From NCBI GenBank assembly GCA_965214935.1, contig CBDCCS010000019.1:17937-81936 (forward strand): a stretch of DNA of 64,000 nucleotides, given 5' to 3'. Positions 42,359 through 53,469 of this stretch are shown in pieces; position 1 is the first letter of the stretch; every line of letters starts with the position of its first letter. The position numbers and the translations under genes are program-made. The notes under the pieces were generated by a model. That model saw nothing but the letters and a program-made list of their open reading frames with translations. It was not told the origin of the DNA and ran no database searches. Source of the stretch: Candidatus Velthaea sp. GTDB lineage: Bacteria > Vulcanimicrobiota > Vulcanimicrobiia > Vulcanimicrobiales > Vulcanimicrobiaceae.

Positions 42359-43858
42359 TTAGAATGATTTATTGAACTCGCTGATCGCCGCGGTGAGCGC
42401 CTTGGTGTTATCGTCGGAGAGCGCGTTGCTCGTGCGAATGCCGTCGCTGATTTGCGGGTGCTTGTCGTGGACGAAGCTGACGAACGATGCGACCCATTCT
42501 TGCAAGCGCGGTGTCGGGATGTCGCTGAGCAGCCCCTTGGTCGCGGCAAAGATGACGATGATCTGGTCTTCGACGGCTTGCGGTTGAAATTGGGGTTGCT
42601 TGAGAATCTCGGTTATTTTTTCGCCGCGGGTGAGCTGAGCTTGCGTATTCTTGTCGAGATCTGACGCGAGTTTCGAGAATGCGGCGAGTTCGCGGTATTG
42701 AGCGAGATCGAGTTTGAGCGGCCCGGCGACGGTGCGCATGGCTTTGATTTGAGCCGAGCCGCCGACGCGGCTCACCGATATGCCGACGTCGACTGCGGGC
42801 CGGATGCCTTGGAAGAAGAGCCCGGTCTGCAAGTAGATTTGGCCGTCGGTAATCGAGATGAGATTGGTCGGGATGTAGGCCGATACGTCGCCGGCTTGCG
42901 TCTCGATGACCGGCAGGGCAGTCAGCGAACCACCGCCCATTTCGTCCGAGAGTTTGGCGGCGCGTTCGAGTAATCGCGAATGGAGAAAGAAGACGTCGCC
43001 GGGGTAGGCTTCGCGGCCCGGCGGCCGGCGCAGCAGCAGCGACACTTCACGGTACGCAATGGCGTGCTGCGTGAGGTTATCGTAAATGATGAGGACATCT
43101 TTGCCCTCGTACATCATGTCTTCGGCCATCGCGCAGCCGGCGAACGGCGCGATGAATTTGAGCGCTGCGGGTTCGGCCGACGAAACGGCGACGATCGTCG
43201 TGTATTCCATCGCGCCGGCTTTGTCGAGCGTTTGCAATAGCGACGCGACGGTCGAGTTTTTCTGCCCGATTGCAACGTAAATGCAGAAGACGTCGCGGCC
43301 TTTTTGATTGATGATCGTATCGATGGCGATGGCGGTCTTGCCGGTGCCGCGGTCGCCGATGATGAGCTCGCGCTGACCCTTGCCGATTGGAATGAGCGCA
43401 TCGATCGCGCGGATGCCGGTCTGCAACGGCTGCTTGACGCCTTGACGCTGAACGACGCCCGGAGCGGTGTTCTCGATCGTACGATATTTATTGGTTTCGA
43501 TCGGACCTTTGCCGTCGACCGGAGCACCAAGCGGATTGACGACGCGGCCGAGCAATGCCGGCCCGACCGGAACCGACGCGATGCGCCCGGTCCGCCGAAC
43601 CTGTTCGCCCTCCTTAATATCGGTGTCATCGCCCATGATGACGACGCCGACGTTATCCTCTTCGAGGTTGAGCGCAATGCCTTGAACGCCGTTCGCAAAC
43701 TCGACAAGTTCGGATTGCTGCACCGATTCCAACCCGTACACACGGGCGATATTATCGCCGACCTCGATAACCGTGCCGACTTCGGCTTCGTTATCTCCCG
43801 TCTTGTAGGTGGCGATTTGACCTTTTAAGATACCTGCGATTTCGTCGGCGTTGATCAT
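42359..43858 (-). CDS. atpA: ATP synthase alpha subunit
   Basis: [30 protein letters not shown]. Confidence 0.98.
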   Translation of the reverse strand: MINADEIAGILKGQIATYKTGDNEAEVGTVIEVGDNIARVYGLESVQQSELVEFANGVQGIALNLEEDNVGVVIMGDDTDIKEGEQVRRTGRIASVPVGPALLGRVVNPLGAPVDGKGPIETNKYRTIENTAPGVVQRQGVKQPLQTGIRAIDALIPIGKGQRELIIGDRGTGKTAIAIDTIINQKGRDVFCIYVAIGQKNSTVASLLQTLDKAGAMEYTTIVAVSSAEPAALKFIAPFAGCAMAEDMMYEGKDVLIIYDNLTQHAIAYREVSLLLRRPPGREAYPGDVFFLHSRLLERAAKLSDEMGGGSLTALPVIETQAGDVSAYIPTNLISITDGQIYLQTGLFFQGIRPAVDVGISVSRVGGSAQIKAMRTVAGPLKLDLAQYRELAAFSKLASDLDKNTQAQLTRGEKITEILKQPQFQPQAVEDQIIVIFAATKGLLSDIPTPRLQEWVASFVSFVHDKHPQISDGIRTSNALSDDNTKALTAAISEFNKSF

Positions 43859-43902
43859 CGGTGCTTGAAGCCTCCAGCGTTCGGCGTCGTACGGTACGCC
43901 AC

Positions 43903-44439
43903 TTAGTTCGTGCTCAACATTCGAGCTAGCTCGTCCAGACGCCCGGCTACGCTACCGTCGATGAGCTTATCACCCATGGTGATCCGCACGCCGCCGATCA
44001 ACTGCGGATCGACGGTCTGCGTTACATCAAAAACGGTATTGTAGCGCCGGCTCAACTGATCGACGAGGTCGCGCAATTCACCGGGCTCGATTGCGCGCGC
44101 AGCTTCGATGCGCAGCGGCGAACCGCCGCGGCTGCGCTGTTCGAGCAGATCGTACTGTGCGACGATCTCGGTGAAGATGCGCTCGCGCCGCTTACGCACG
44201 AGCAGCAACACCGTATGGCGCGAGATTTCATGTAACCCGGCAAACGTGCGGTCGAGAATCGCAGCCTTTTGCTTGCGATCGATGACGGGCGAACGAAAGA
44301 AACGCCGAACCGCGTCATCGCTGTCGAGCACACCTTGCACGACATGCAGATCGCGCCGGATGTTGGCGACCGCTCCGGCCTCTTCGGCCAGCGAAAAAAT
44401 CGCCGTCGCATAGCGGCGTGCGAGTGTCTCATTTGCCAT
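43903..44439 (-). CDS. atpH: ATP synthase delta subunit
   Basis: [22 protein letters not shown]. Confidence 0.93.
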   Translation of the reverse strand: MANETLARRYATAIFSLAEEAGAVANIRRDLHVVQGVLDSDDAVRRFFRSPVIDRKQKAAILDRTFAGLHEISRHTVLLLVRKRRERIFTEIVAQYDLLEQRSRGGSPLRIEAARAIEPGELRDLVDQLSRRYNTVFDVTQTVDPQLIGGVRITMGDKLIDGSVAGRLDELARMLSTN

Positions 44440-44953
44440 TAACCGTGCTCCCGTTTTTGCGGACAAGCGTGTCGACGGTCGCGCCGACAAGCCGCGCATT
44501 CGTCGCCGAATCGATCCGCGTGGCCGCCTTGACGCGAGCCGCTTCGAGTGCGCGCCCGATGAACTCGGCGCGAAGTTGCGCCTGTGCCGCCGCGCGCCCG
44601 CGCGCAAGTTCGCCTTCCGCCGTCGCCACGGCTCGTTCGGCGTCCGCCTGAGCCTCTGCCAGCAGCCGGGCACTTTCGCGGCTCGCGTCGGCCCGCGCAC
44701 GGGCACCGATCGCCGCCGCGTCGCGATCGGCCGCTTCGAGTTCGGCCCGCGCCGTCACGACGTCGGCCTTGAGGGCTTCGCGGTGCTGCTCGGCCGCAAC
44801 GAGATCGGCGTTCCGCGCAACTTGATTTGCGCGCACGGCCGGTAAAACGTATTTACGAAACAACAGCACGGCGACGACGACGAACGCCAAACCGCCGACG
44901 ATCTCGCTCCATTGCGCGAGCTGATCGTAAAAGGTCGGAGCGGTACCTGCCAT
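44429..44953 (-). CDS. atpF: ATP synthase b subunit
   Basis: Single TM helix followed by Ala/Glu/Arg coiled coil; operon position. Confidence 0.88.
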   Translation of the reverse strand: MAGTAPTFYDQLAQWSEIVGGLAFVVVAVLLFRKYVLPAVRANQVARNADLVAAEQHREALKADVVTARAELEAADRDAAAIGARARADASRESARLLAEAQADAERAVATAEGELARGRAAAQAQLRAEFIGRALEAARVKAATRIDSATNARLVGATVDTLVRKNGSTVNGK

Positions 44954-44969
44954 CAACAAACGCCCTCGC

Positions 44970-45398
44970 TCATGCCGCAGAGCCGATCGCGCGCGCAAGC
45001 AAATCGTCGGCCAAGCTTGCCACGATGCGCTCTTCGTCCGAACGCGCGGCGGCAATCTCGCGTTCGACTTGCGCGCGTGCATCTTCGACGAGCGACGCCG
45101 CGCGCGCGGCGTACTGCCCGGTCGTCTCCGCCGCGCGCGCCTGCGCTTCGGTGCGGGCCTGCGCCATAACGGCATCCGCATCGCGCCGTGCTGCGGCGCG
45201 CCGCTCCTCCGCTTGCTTCTGCAGCGCGCTGATGTCCGAACCGTACTGCTTGATATCGCTCGTAACACTATTGATGTACGCGCGGCGCTTCGCAATCGCC
45301 GAACCCACGGGCTTGAGAAAGATCGCGTTGAGCACGACGAGGAACACCAGAAAATTGATCAATTGGACGACGAGCGTCCCATCGAGCGAGAGCAACAT
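44970..45398 (-). CDS. atpF: ATP synthase b' subunit
   Basis: DGTLVVQLINFLVFLVVLNAIFLKPV...KRRAYI. Confidence 0.88.
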   Translation of the reverse strand: MLLSLDGTLVVQLINFLVFLVVLNAIFLKPVGSAIAKRRAYINSVTSDIKQYGSDISALQKQAEERRAAARRDADAVMAQARTEAQARAAETTGQYAARAASLVEDARAQVEREIAAARSDEERIVASLADDLLARAIGSAA

Positions 45399-45486
45399 GA
45401 GCTACGCTACCGCATCCCGGGCAACATCCGGCAGGCCGGGCAGCGTCCAACGCAGCGACACGTTGGTCCGCAAACGGCGCGCCATG

Positions 45487-45774
45487 TTAGTGGACGTTTT
45501 TAAGCAGCGTCGAGACCAGACCCGGCACGTTCGCTACGACGAAAAACAGATAGAATCCGAGCACGAGTGCGATGATCGGGAACGCTTCCAAGATACCGAC
45601 GCCGAGGAAGAAGAATGTAAAAATGTTACCGCGCGCTTCCGGTTGGCGAGCGATGGCTTCAACGGCCTTCGATGCGACGATACCGTCACCGATAGCTGAA
45701 CCAATGGCCACGCCGAAGACGATCAGCGCAAAGCCGAGGATGAGGACGGCAACGATCAGGCTCTCAGAGCTCAC
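45487..45774 (-). CDS. atpE: ATP synthase c subunit
   Basis: IARQPEA loop, conserved Glu in ILEAFP; GTG start with AAAGG upstream. Confidence 0.95.
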   Translation of the reverse strand: MSSESLIVAVLILGFALIVFGVAIGSAIGDGIVASKAVEAIARQPEARGNIFTFFFLGVGILEAFPIIALVLGFYLFFVVANVPGLVSTLLKNVH

Positions 45775-45846
45775 GGGATGACCTTTCTGTGATCTTGCCG
45801 GCAACGCCGGCAGGTGAATCGACGAGGACGCTCGAGCCGCGCGCGG

Positions 45847-46584
45847 CTAGTGGCCTTCCTCGGTAATGGCAAGCGATAAGTACACGATGGTGAGCAACGT
45901 AAAAACGAATGCTTGAATCGTGCCGATGAAAAAGTTGAAGAACTCAACGCCGAACGGGACGACCGCGGCCGGGATCGACAGATGTAACCAGCCGATCGTC
46001 ACGTTCGCCGCGATGATCGTCGCGACCACGAATAAGAGCAGATCGCCGGCCAGAATGTTGAACGCCAGACGCATCGCGAGAACGACGGGTCGCGCGATCT
46101 CTTCGATGATATTGATCGGCAGCAGTGCCGGAAACGGTTTCGCGAGATGAGCGAACGCATGCAGTCCGCTTTTACGAATCGAGACAAACCAGATACCGAC
46201 GAACACCGTGATGGCGAACGCGGCCGAGGTGTTGAGATCGGCCGTCGGCGACCCGCCGAACGGTAAGCCCATCTGCTTGAACGGCAGCAACCCGAACTCG
46301 TTGAGAATCCAGATAAAGAAAAAAATGCCGACGAAGGCCGGAACGAATCGCTCGCCGGCAGGTCCGATCGTACCGATCGCCAGATCGGCGAGGTATGAAA
46401 TAATGCCCTCGAACGTCGACTGCGTCTTATTGACGCGCGGCGCGCCGCGGTACGACGAAGCGATGAAATAGAACAGAAACCAACTCAAAATCATGACGAT
46501 CCAAGTGGTCAAAATCGTATCGGCATGGACGGCGCCCAGTCCCGGCAGGTGCCAGAGTGGATGCTCGCCGACTTTCTCGTGCAC
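45847..46584 (-). CDS. atpB: ATP synthase a subunit
   Basis: SPTADLN, LAMRLAFNILAG, IQAFVFTLLT. Confidence 0.96.
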   Translation of the reverse strand: MHEKVGEHPLWHLPGLGAVHADTILTTWIVMILSWFLFYFIASSYRGAPRVNKTQSTFEGIISYLADLAIGTIGPAGERFVPAFVGIFFFIWILNEFGLLPFKQMGLPFGGSPTADLNTSAAFAITVFVGIWFVSIRKSGLHAFAHLAKPFPALLPINIIEEIARPVVLAMRLAFNILAGDLLLFVVATIIAANVTIGWLHLSIPAAVVPFGVEFFNFFIGTIQAFVFTLLTIVYLSLAITEEGH

Positions 46585-46587
46585 GAA

Positions 46588-47013
46588 TTACCCCGTTGAC
46601 ATCTCGCGGCGCAGTTCGAACGAATATAGAACCAGCGGCGTAAAAAACCCGGCCATCGCGATCAACATATACCACCACTCGTGGTTTGCCGCCGCAAAGA
46701 CCGGAACCAATCCGACAATCAACATCCTTAAAGTGTTGCTTGCTCCATAAGCATTTCGCGAACGCCGCCCGATAAGCAGCCGTTCGTTATTGCGCATGAC
46801 CAGCAGCATGTTTCCGAGGCCGCACGTTCCCCCCAGTGCGAGGTCGAAACCCAGCATTGGCGTCCATATCGCCGCGCCTGCGGCGATCGGAAGAATGACG
46901 TACGCCGACCGGACCGCCATCGTGCGCTTGCGCAAAAAATACGCCCGCACATCCACACTCGGCTCGGCGCTTGGCCTATTGTCGTCGCCTACGGAACTCC
47001 CCTCCTCGCTCAT
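46588..47013 (-). CDS. atpI: ATP synthase protein I
   Basis: Small 4-TM protein directly upstream of atpB. Confidence 0.7.
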   Translation of the reverse strand: MSEEGSSVGDDNRPSAEPSVDVRAYFLRKRTMAVRSAYVILPIAAGAAIWTPMLGFDLALGGTCGLGNMLLVMRNNERLLIGRRSRNAYGASNTLRMLIVGLVPVFAAANHEWWYMLIAMAGFFTPLVLYSFELRREMSTG

Positions 47014-47053
47014 GCCAAGCTCATCTCATGCCGTTGCCGGCCGGTCGTGCACG

Positions 47054-48202
47054 CTACGCCGCAGTAAGAAACTCGTCCGGTTTTTCGCCGCTGCGGAGCT
47101 TCCAAAGAAGCCAGCGCACGATGCGCTCGGATGCACGGCCGTCACCGTACGGATTACTTGCATGCGCCATGCGGCGGTAAGCTTGCGGATCGGCCAGCAA
47201 CTTGCGCGCTTCGGCGACGATTGCGCTGCGGTCGGTTCCGATCAAACGCAGCGTTCCGGCCTCAAGCCCCTCGGGACGCTCGGTTTCATCCCGCATGACG
47301 AGCACCGGTTTGCCCAGCGTCGGCGCTTCTTCTTGTAAGCCGCCCGAATCGGTAAGCACGAAGCGGCATGCGTTCACGCACGCGACGGATTCGGCATAAC
47401 CCAGCGGCGGAACGAGCGTCACGCCGGCGACACCATCGAGCATTGCGTGGGCGACGGGCGCGACCATCGGCGACGGATGCACCGGCCACAGGATCATCGG
47501 CTGCTCGGGCAAAGCGGCGACGTCCGCCAGCGCCGCGCAGATCTCGCGCATGCGTTCGTGATTTTCACGCCGGTGCGCGGTAACGTAGATGAGCGGTCGC
47601 GCGGCGTCGAGGCCGCGCAGCACCTCGGGCACGATGTCCCGCCGGCGACTCGTGGCCAGGAACGCATCGATCACCGTGTTGCCCGTGACGACGACGTTTG
47701 CATGTTCGACGCGTTCGGCGAAGAGATTGGCCTTCGAGCGGCCCGTGGGCGCAAAATGATAGCTCGCGATAACGCTCGTTAGTCGCCGGTTGAGCTCTTC
47801 GGGAAAGGGCATGTGCACGGTGCTCGTGCGCAGACCGGCCTCGACGTGACCGACCGGGATTTTGGCATAGAACGCGGCGAGCGCGGCCGCGCTCGACGTT
47901 GTCGTATCGCCGTGGACGAGCACGACGTCCGGTTTGGCTTCCGCCAGCACCGCCTCCAAACCCGACAAGACGCGTGTCGTGATATCGGTCAGCGATTGGG
48001 TTCGGGTCATGATGTTGAGGTCGTAATCGGGTTCGATCTCGAAAAGACCGAGCACCTCGTCGAGCATTTCACGGTGCTGCGCCGTAACGCACACGATCGG
48101 TTCGACCGCCGGCCGGGCCGCGTCGAGTGCAAGCACGACCGGCGCCATTTTAATGGTATCCGGGCGGGTGCCCATGACCGTCATGACTCGCAGCGGTGAC
48201 AT
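47054..48202 (-). CDS. wecB: UDP-N-acetylglucosamine 2-epimerase (non-hydrolysing)
   Basis: GTRPDTIKMAP, VHGDTTT, GHVEAGLR, TDSGGLQEEAP, NPYGDG. Confidence 0.95.
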   Translation of the reverse strand: MSPLRVMTVMGTRPDTIKMAPVVLALDAARPAVEPIVCVTAQHREMLDEVLGLFEIEPDYDLNIMTRTQSLTDITTRVLSGLEAVLAEAKPDVVLVHGDTTTSSAAALAAFYAKIPVGHVEAGLRTSTVHMPFPEELNRRLTSVIASYHFAPTGRSKANLFAERVEHANVVVTGNTVIDAFLATSRRRDIVPEVLRGLDAARPLIYVTAHRRENHERMREICAALADVAALPEQPMILWPVHPSPMVAPVAHAMLDGVAGVTLVPPLGYAESVACVNACRFVLTDSGGLQEEAPTLGKPVLVMRDETERPEGLEAGTLRLIGTDRSAIVAEARKLLADPQAYRRMAHASNPYGDGRASERIVRWLLWKLRSGEKPDEFLTAA

Positions 48203-48228
48203 CGGGCGTGATCTACCGTTCCGCTCGT

Positions 48229-49233
48229 TCACATACCCGCTAACTTGATTGGCCCGACCCCTCGCGAAAGCAACATCGCCAGCGCCCCTAACGCGATGCA
48301 GACGATATAGATGAGCAGCACGGCCTGCCGCACGTTGAGGCCGAACCGGAAGATCAACTGATGATGAAAATGCCCGCGATCTGCTTCGGTGATTTTGCGG
48401 CCGGCGCGCGTTCGGCGAACGATCGTTGCTGCCGTATCGACGATCGGCAACGCCAGGACGACAAGCGGAATGAGCAGACTGATCGAGATCGCGGTTTTTG
48501 AAACGCCGATGATTGACACCGTCGCAAAGATATAGCCGATGAAAAGCGCGCCGCAATCACCCAAAATTATCTTCGCCGGATTGAAGTTGAATGGCAAAAA
48601 TCCCAGCGACGCGCCGACGAGTGCCGCCAAAACGAGTGCCAATTCCGGATGCCCGTGCGTCATCTCGATGATCAGCAGCGCGGTCCCGGAAATCGCCGTC
48701 AGACCCGACAGCAATCCGTCGAGACCATCGATGAAATTGATCGCATTCATCATGCTTACGTACCAGGCGAGCGTTAAAATCGCGCTTACCCAGTACGGAA
48801 AGTGGATGTAATCGCCGCGATGGAACGGATTGTCCAAGCCTTGAATGACGAAGCCGTACAGCAATGAGATCGCGGCGACGACGAGTTGCGCGAGAAATTT
48901 CGCACGCGGTCGCAGGCCCATGATGTCGTCCCACAGCCCGACCGTCAGAATGAGCGTGCCTCCGAAGAGCAAGCCCAAGACATCGTGAATGCTGTCGAGA
49001 TCGAGCAGCCGGTGATTTGCAATGAGATAGCCGACGACGCCGAAGAGCGCAAACGCGAAGCCGAGGAAGACCGCCACGCCGCCGATGCGCGGCTTCGGCC
49101 GGGCATGCATCCGTCGATCGCCGATGTCGTCGACCATGCCGACATGCGTGGCAAGGCGGGTAACGAGCGGCGTGACCAATCCGGCCGTCAGGGTCGAGAG
49201 CAAGAACGTGACGATGAGGGTGAACGCATTCAT
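48229..49233 (-). CDS. Undecaprenyl-phosphate GlcNAc-1-phosphate transferase (TagO/WecA, MraY-like)
   Basis: PRIGG, GLWDD, NAINFIDGLDGL, FNFNPAKI.LGD.G, DRGHFHH. Confidence 0.92.
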   Translation of the reverse strand: MNAFTLIVTFLLSTLTAGLVTPLVTRLATHVGMVDDIGDRRMHARPKPRIGGVAVFLGFAFALFGVVGYLIANHRLLDLDSIHDVLGLLFGGTLILTVGLWDDIMGLRPRAKFLAQLVVAAISLLYGFVIQGLDNPFHRGDYIHFPYWVSAILTLAWYVSMMNAINFIDGLDGLLSGLTAISGTALLIIEMTHGHPELALVLAALVGASLGFLPFNFNPAKIILGDCGALFIGYIFATVSIIGVSKTAISISLLIPLVVLALPIVDTAATIVRRTRAGRKITEADRGHFHHQLIFRFGLNVRQAVLLIYIVCIALGALAMLLSRGVGPIKLAGM

Positions 49234-49237
49234 ACCG

Positions 49238-49681
49238 CTACGCGCTGCGCCCGGCGAAGTCGAGGCTGCCGAAGGCGATGATACCGACGCCGGCTTCGGC
49301 CAGTAATTGCGTCGCGACCGGATCGGGATACGCGTGCTCGTAGACGATGCGCTCGATCCCGGCGCTGATGAACAGTTTCGAGCAATTGATGCAGGGCTGA
49401 TGTGTGCAGTAAGCCGTCGCACCCGCCAGACCGACGCCATGCAACGCTCCTTGAACGATTGCATTTGCTTCGGCGTGCGTCGCGCGCTGACAGTGATCGT
49501 GAACGATCAGACAACCGACGTCCGAACAGTGACCGACATGACGCGGCGCACCGTTATATCCCGTCGTCAAGATGCGCCGCTCGCGCGTCAGCACGCAGCC
49601 GACACTGGCGCGCGGACAGGTTGCCCGCGTCGCAACGGTGCGAGCGATTTGAACGAAATACTCATCCCAGCCTGGGCGCAT
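49238..49681 (-). CDS. dCMP deaminase / ComEB family
   Basis: RPGWDEYF, TGYNG, HAEANA, PCINC. Confidence 0.92.
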   Translation of the reverse strand: MRPGWDEYFVQIARTVATRATCPRASVGCVLTRERRILTTGYNGAPRHVGHCSDVGCLIVHDHCQRATHAEANAIVQGALHGVGLAGATAYCTHQPCINCSKLFISAGIERIVYEHAYPDPVATQLLAEAGVGIIAFGSLDFAGRSA

Positions 49682-49718
49682 TACCCTTCATTCTTGGCTA
49701 AGCGCCGCCGAGTTCCAG

Positions 49719-50387
49719 CTAAGCGTCGGGTATGCGGGCGCTGACGGGCACCGAACTGCTCGAACCGAACATCCGGTCGCCCGCATCACCGAGACCGGGA
49801 ACGATGTAACCATGTTCGTTGAGCCGTTCGTCGACGGCCGCCGTCACGATTCGCAGCGTCGGATGCGCGCTTAAAACGGTCGCAATCCCGACCGGTGCTG
49901 CAATGATACACACGAACGTCATGTTGCGCGCACCGCGTTCGGCAAGCATCGTCAAGGCCGCCGACGAGCTATGGCCCGTTGCAAGCATCGGATCGACGAC
50001 GAACACGTCGCGTGCCGCCAGATCTTCGGGCAAATTGGCATAGTACGGAATGGCCGCAAGCGTATCGGGGTCGCGATAGAATCCGAGATGCGCGATCGAC
50101 GCGTCGTCGATTACGTCGAGGAAACCCGGCAGCAGGCCAAGCCCGGCGCGCAATATCGGCGCCACGACGGGACATGGTTCGATGCGCTGGACGCGGGCAC
50201 GCGCAACCGGCGTTTCCACGCTGCCCTCGAAAACCGCCAACTCGCGCGTTGCCTCGTAGGCAAGAAACAAGCCGAGCTCTTCGACCAGCGCGCGAAAAAC
50301 GGGGGTCGGCGTCGTCTTATCGCGCAAACGTGCGAGCCGGTCGGCAACAGCGGGGTGACCGATGAGCGTAACGCGCGAATCGAGCAT
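49719..50387 (-). CDS. upp: Uracil phosphoribosyltransferase
   Basis: PILRAG, DPMLATGHS, YIVPGLGDAGDR. Confidence 0.96.
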   Translation of the reverse strand: MLDSRVTLIGHPAVADRLARLRDKTTPTPVFRALVEELGLFLAYEATRELAVFEGSVETPVARARVQRIEPCPVVAPILRAGLGLLPGFLDVIDDASIAHLGFYRDPDTLAAIPYYANLPEDLAARDVFVVDPMLATGHSSSAALTMLAERGARNMTFVCIIAAPVGIATVLSAHPTLRIVTAAVDERLNEHGYIVPGLGDAGDRMFGSSSSVPVSARIPDA

Positions 50388-50444
50388 GCTTGCTGCTTCG
50401 CGCGAACGCGAAACGATCCCCAGCCGAGGATATGCCGCATCGGC

Positions 50445-51014
50445 TTAGCGCGTTGCGCCGAGTGTCGCACTATTTGGATCGGGATTGTGCTTGGCCGTCA
50501 GCACGTGATCGCGCCACGCGCCGTCAATGAACAGGTAATCGCGCGCGTAACCCTCCGGGACGAAGCCTAAGCGTCGGAGGAGCCGGCCGCTGCGCTCGTT
50601 GCTCGGCTGATAATTCGCCATAACTCGGTGCAGCCGAAGTGTCGTAAATGCAAAATCGACAACCGCGCCGACGGCTTCGGTGCCGATACCCGTTCCTTGT
50701 TGATGCTCGTCGATCGAGTAGCCGAGCTGTGCGGCGGAATAAACGCCGCGGATGATGTGGCTGAGATTGACGCTGCCGATCATCATGCTCGGATCGGTAG
50801 CGCCGAACACCACGAACCGATGCGCGACGCCCGACCGAGCATCTTCCTGAGCACGCAGCGCCGATGCTTCCCAATAAGCGAGCGTCAGGAAATCGCTCGG
50901 CCACGCTGGTTCCCATGGATTAAGGTGATTGGCATTACGCCGGTAATACGCAAGCTGCGCCGGTGCGTGCTCGCGGGCGACCGGCGCGATCGTAAGCCGA
51001 GCCGTCCGCAGCAT
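50445..51014 (-). CDS. RimJ-like GNAT N-acetyltransferase
   Basis: HLNPWEP, LGYSI, LHRVMANYQPSNERS, YLFIDGAWRDH. Confidence 0.9.
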   Translation of the reverse strand: MLRTARLTIAPVAREHAPAQLAYYRRNANHLNPWEPAWPSDFLTLAYWEASALRAQEDARSGVAHRFVVFGATDPSMMIGSVNLSHIIRGVYSAAQLGYSIDEHQQGTGIGTEAVGAVVDFAFTTLRLHRVMANYQPSNERSGRLLRRLGFVPEGYARDYLFIDGAWRDHVLTAKHNPDPNSATLGATR

Positions 51015-51020
51015 GCCGTG

Positions 51021-52268
51021 TTAGGGCACGTCGAATCGTGCAGTCAGTTCGCGCACGCGCCCCCGTAATGCATCGACGCGAACGCGGGCACCGACATCTT
51101 CGAGAGCTGCGCCGATGATCGAGCCGATCTCACGCGCATCGGTCTCGCCGAACCCACGCGACGTGATCGCCGGCGAACCGATGCGGATGCCGCTCGTGAC
51201 CATCGGCTTTTGCGTGTCGAACGGAATCGCGTTTTTATTCACCGTGATATTGATTTCATCAAGATACGCCTCAACGGCTTGACCGGTCAGATGTTTGGGC
51301 GTCAAGTCGACGAGCAGCAGGTGCGTATCGGTGCCGCCGGCGACGAGCCGCACACCGGACCGCTCGAGTTCCTCGCCCATCGCACGCGCATTGATAATGA
51401 CTTGCGCCTGATACGCTTTGAACGACGGCGTCAACGCTTCACCGAAAGCCACGGCTTTGGCGGCGATGGTATGCATGAACGGGCCGCCTTGGATGCCCGG
51501 AAAAACACTCTTGTCGATCGCTTGGGCGTACTTGGCGTTCGAGAGAATGAGACCGCCGCGCGGTCCGCGCAGCGTTTTATGCGTCGTCGACGTCACGAAA
51601 TCGGCAACCGGAATGGGTGACGGGTGCAGATCGGCTGCAATAAGCCCCGCGATGTGCGCCATATCGACCAAAAACGTCGCACCGACTTCGGCGGCGATCT
51701 CCGCGAACGGCGCGTAGTCCATCGTGCGCGGGTAAGCACTCGCCCCCGCGACGATCATTTGCGGCTTATACTCGCGTGCCAGCGAACGCACTTGATCGTA
51801 GTCGATGAGTTCGGTATCGTGCCGCACGCCGTAAGCGACGGCGTTGTACAACTTGCCGCTAAAACTGACTTTGGTGCCGTGCGTGAGATGACCGCCGTGC
51901 GCGAGCGACATGCCCAAGATCGTTGCGCCGGGCTGCAATACGGCCATCATGACCGCCATGTTGGCTTGCGCGCCCGCATGCGGCTGAACGTTCGCATGTT
52001 CGGCGCCGAAGAGTTCCTTGAGCCGTTCGATCGCTAAATTTTCGGCCACGTCGACGAATTGGCAGCCGCCGTAATACCGCCGGCCGGGGTACCCCTCGGC
52101 ATACTTATTGGTCATCGAACTGGCCATCGCTTCGCGAACCGCGAGGCTGGCATAATTTTCCGATGCAATCAGTTCGAGATTCTCGCGTTGCCGGCGATCC
52201 TCGTCGGCGATCGCGCCGTATAATTCCGGGTCCTGCGTGGCAAGCGACGTGCGTTCGAGCAATTGCAT
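51021..52268 (-). CDS. glyA: Serine hydroxymethyltransferase
   Basis: [39 protein letters not shown]. Confidence 0.98.
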   Translation of the reverse strand: MQLLERTSLATQDPELYGAIADEDRRQRENLELIASENYASLAVREAMASSMTNKYAEGYPGRRYYGGCQFVDVAENLAIERLKELFGAEHANVQPHAGAQANMAVMMAVLQPGATILGMSLAHGGHLTHGTKVSFSGKLYNAVAYGVRHDTELIDYDQVRSLAREYKPQMIVAGASAYPRTMDYAPFAEIAAEVGATFLVDMAHIAGLIAADLHPSPIPVADFVTSTTHKTLRGPRGGLILSNAKYAQAIDKSVFPGIQGGPFMHTIAAKAVAFGEALTPSFKAYQAQVIINARAMGEELERSGVRLVAGGTDTHLLLVDLTPKHLTGQAVEAYLDEINITVNKNAIPFDTQKPMVTSGIRIGSPAITSRGFGETDAREIGSIIGAALEDVGARVRVDALRGRVRELTARFDVP

Positions 52269-52269
52269 C

Positions 52270-52554
52270 TTAGAGATCTCCTTTTTCACCATTGAGTCGC
52301 CGCCGCATGATGGCAGTCGCCGAATAATCAGGTTTGGCCGGCGCCGAAGATGTAGACTTCGCGAACCGGAGCACCTGCACGAGCACGAGCAGCGCAACCG
52401 TCACGATGAGACCCACCCAAAACCATGGACTCATCCAGCGCGGCTCCGTGTGATCGAGTAAATACTCGGCAAGCGCGATACACACCGCGAGCAGCGGGAC
52501 GACGCCGGCGAGCGACTGACGATCGGACGGTGACAGCGGTAAGGTTCTGGGCAC
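52270..52554 (-). CDS. Small 2-TM hypothetical membrane protein
   Basis: Two hydrophobic helices; ends 1 nt before the glyA start. Confidence 0.55.
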   Translation of the reverse strand: MPRTLPLSPSDRQSLAGVVPLLAVCIALAEYLLDHTEPRWMSPWFWVGLIVTVALLVLVQVLRFAKSTSSAPAKPDYSATAIMRRRLNGEKGDL

Positions 52555-52578
52555 GCCGGTCAAGAACCGCCCGGCCGT

Positions 52579-53286
52579 ATGAAGGTGGCAATCTCGAGTG
52601 CGTCGTTTGCCGACGAAATCGCCGCGGGCGGTCTCACGCAACTCGAGTGGCTCGAGCGCTGTGCCGGCGGCATCGGCGCTGACGGCGTCATCTTCGAACG
52701 GACGCATTTTGCGCGCACCGATCGCGACTATATCGCTCAAATCAAAAAGGTGACGGTCGATCTGGGGCTGGTCCCGCTCGCACTTGACGATGGCGGCCTG
52801 TTCGATCCGCAAAGCTCCGAAACGCAGCGGCTCGGTGCAATCGAACTCGCCGCCGGGTTAGGCGTGCTGTTTATCGTTAGCCGGCTGCCCGCACCAGGCG
52901 ACGTCCCGCCGGCGACCTTTATCGCCGTCATCGAGGTCGCCAAGGCCGCCGTCCGCGCAGCCAAAGCAGCGAACGTAACTTTGCTGGTCGCGCCCGCCGC
53001 CGGCACGCTGGGCGCAGAAGTGCCGGATTTGCGACATTTCTGTAAAGACGTCGACAGCGCGTGGCTGCACTATGCCCTGCCCGCCGGAACCGGCCGTGAC
53101 ATCGGGACGCGCGAGCGGGCGCTTGTGGTGATGCTCGGCGGAACGGTGGATGTCCGGGGGCTTGCCGAGCTGACGCCGACGGCGCGACCGTGGATCGTAT
53201 TAACCGGGCCCGTTGATGCAAAACGCGTCGCGGCCTTGCACCAAGCCGCGGCGCAAAACGCTGCTCTGACGGAAGCACCGGCTTAG
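52579..53286 (+). CDS. Xylose-isomerase-like TIM barrel protein (divergent)
   Basis: MKVAISSASF..LTQLEWL..DGV..HF pattern of AP-endonuclease-2-like barrels. Confidence 0.65.
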   Translation: MKVAISSASFADEIAAGGLTQLEWLERCAGGIGADGVIFERTHFARTDRDYIAQIKKVTVDLGLVPLALDDGGLFDPQSSETQRLGAIELAAGLGVLFIVSRLPAPGDVPPATFIAVIEVAKAAVRAAKAANVTLLVAPAAGTLGAEVPDLRHFCKDVDSAWLHYALPAGTGRDIGTRERALVVMLGGTVDVRGLAELTPTARPWIVLTGPVDAKRVAALHQAAAQNAALTEAPA

Positions 53287-53295
53287 CGCGACTCA

Positions 53296-53469
53296 GACCA
53301 CACGTGCCGTCTGCAAACGAGGTGAGAACCTGCGATCTCGCAGGTGGGTGCGGCCCGGGCGCTTGGATCTCGAGGTTGCCCTTGAGAGTACCGATCGTAT
53401 CCGGAGCTTGTGCTCCCTAGGTGTTCACATTGGTCCAACACCGTCGTAAGTACGCGCGCAGGCGTAGTC
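53296..53469 (-). ncRNA. ssrS: 6S RNA (probable)
   Basis: About 175 nt rod-like fold: 5' GACTACGC pairs with 3' GTGTGGTC; internal GGGAGC, CCCACCTGC..GCAGGTTC and GACGGCAC segments resemble Firmicutes-type 6S RNAs. Confidence 0.7.
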
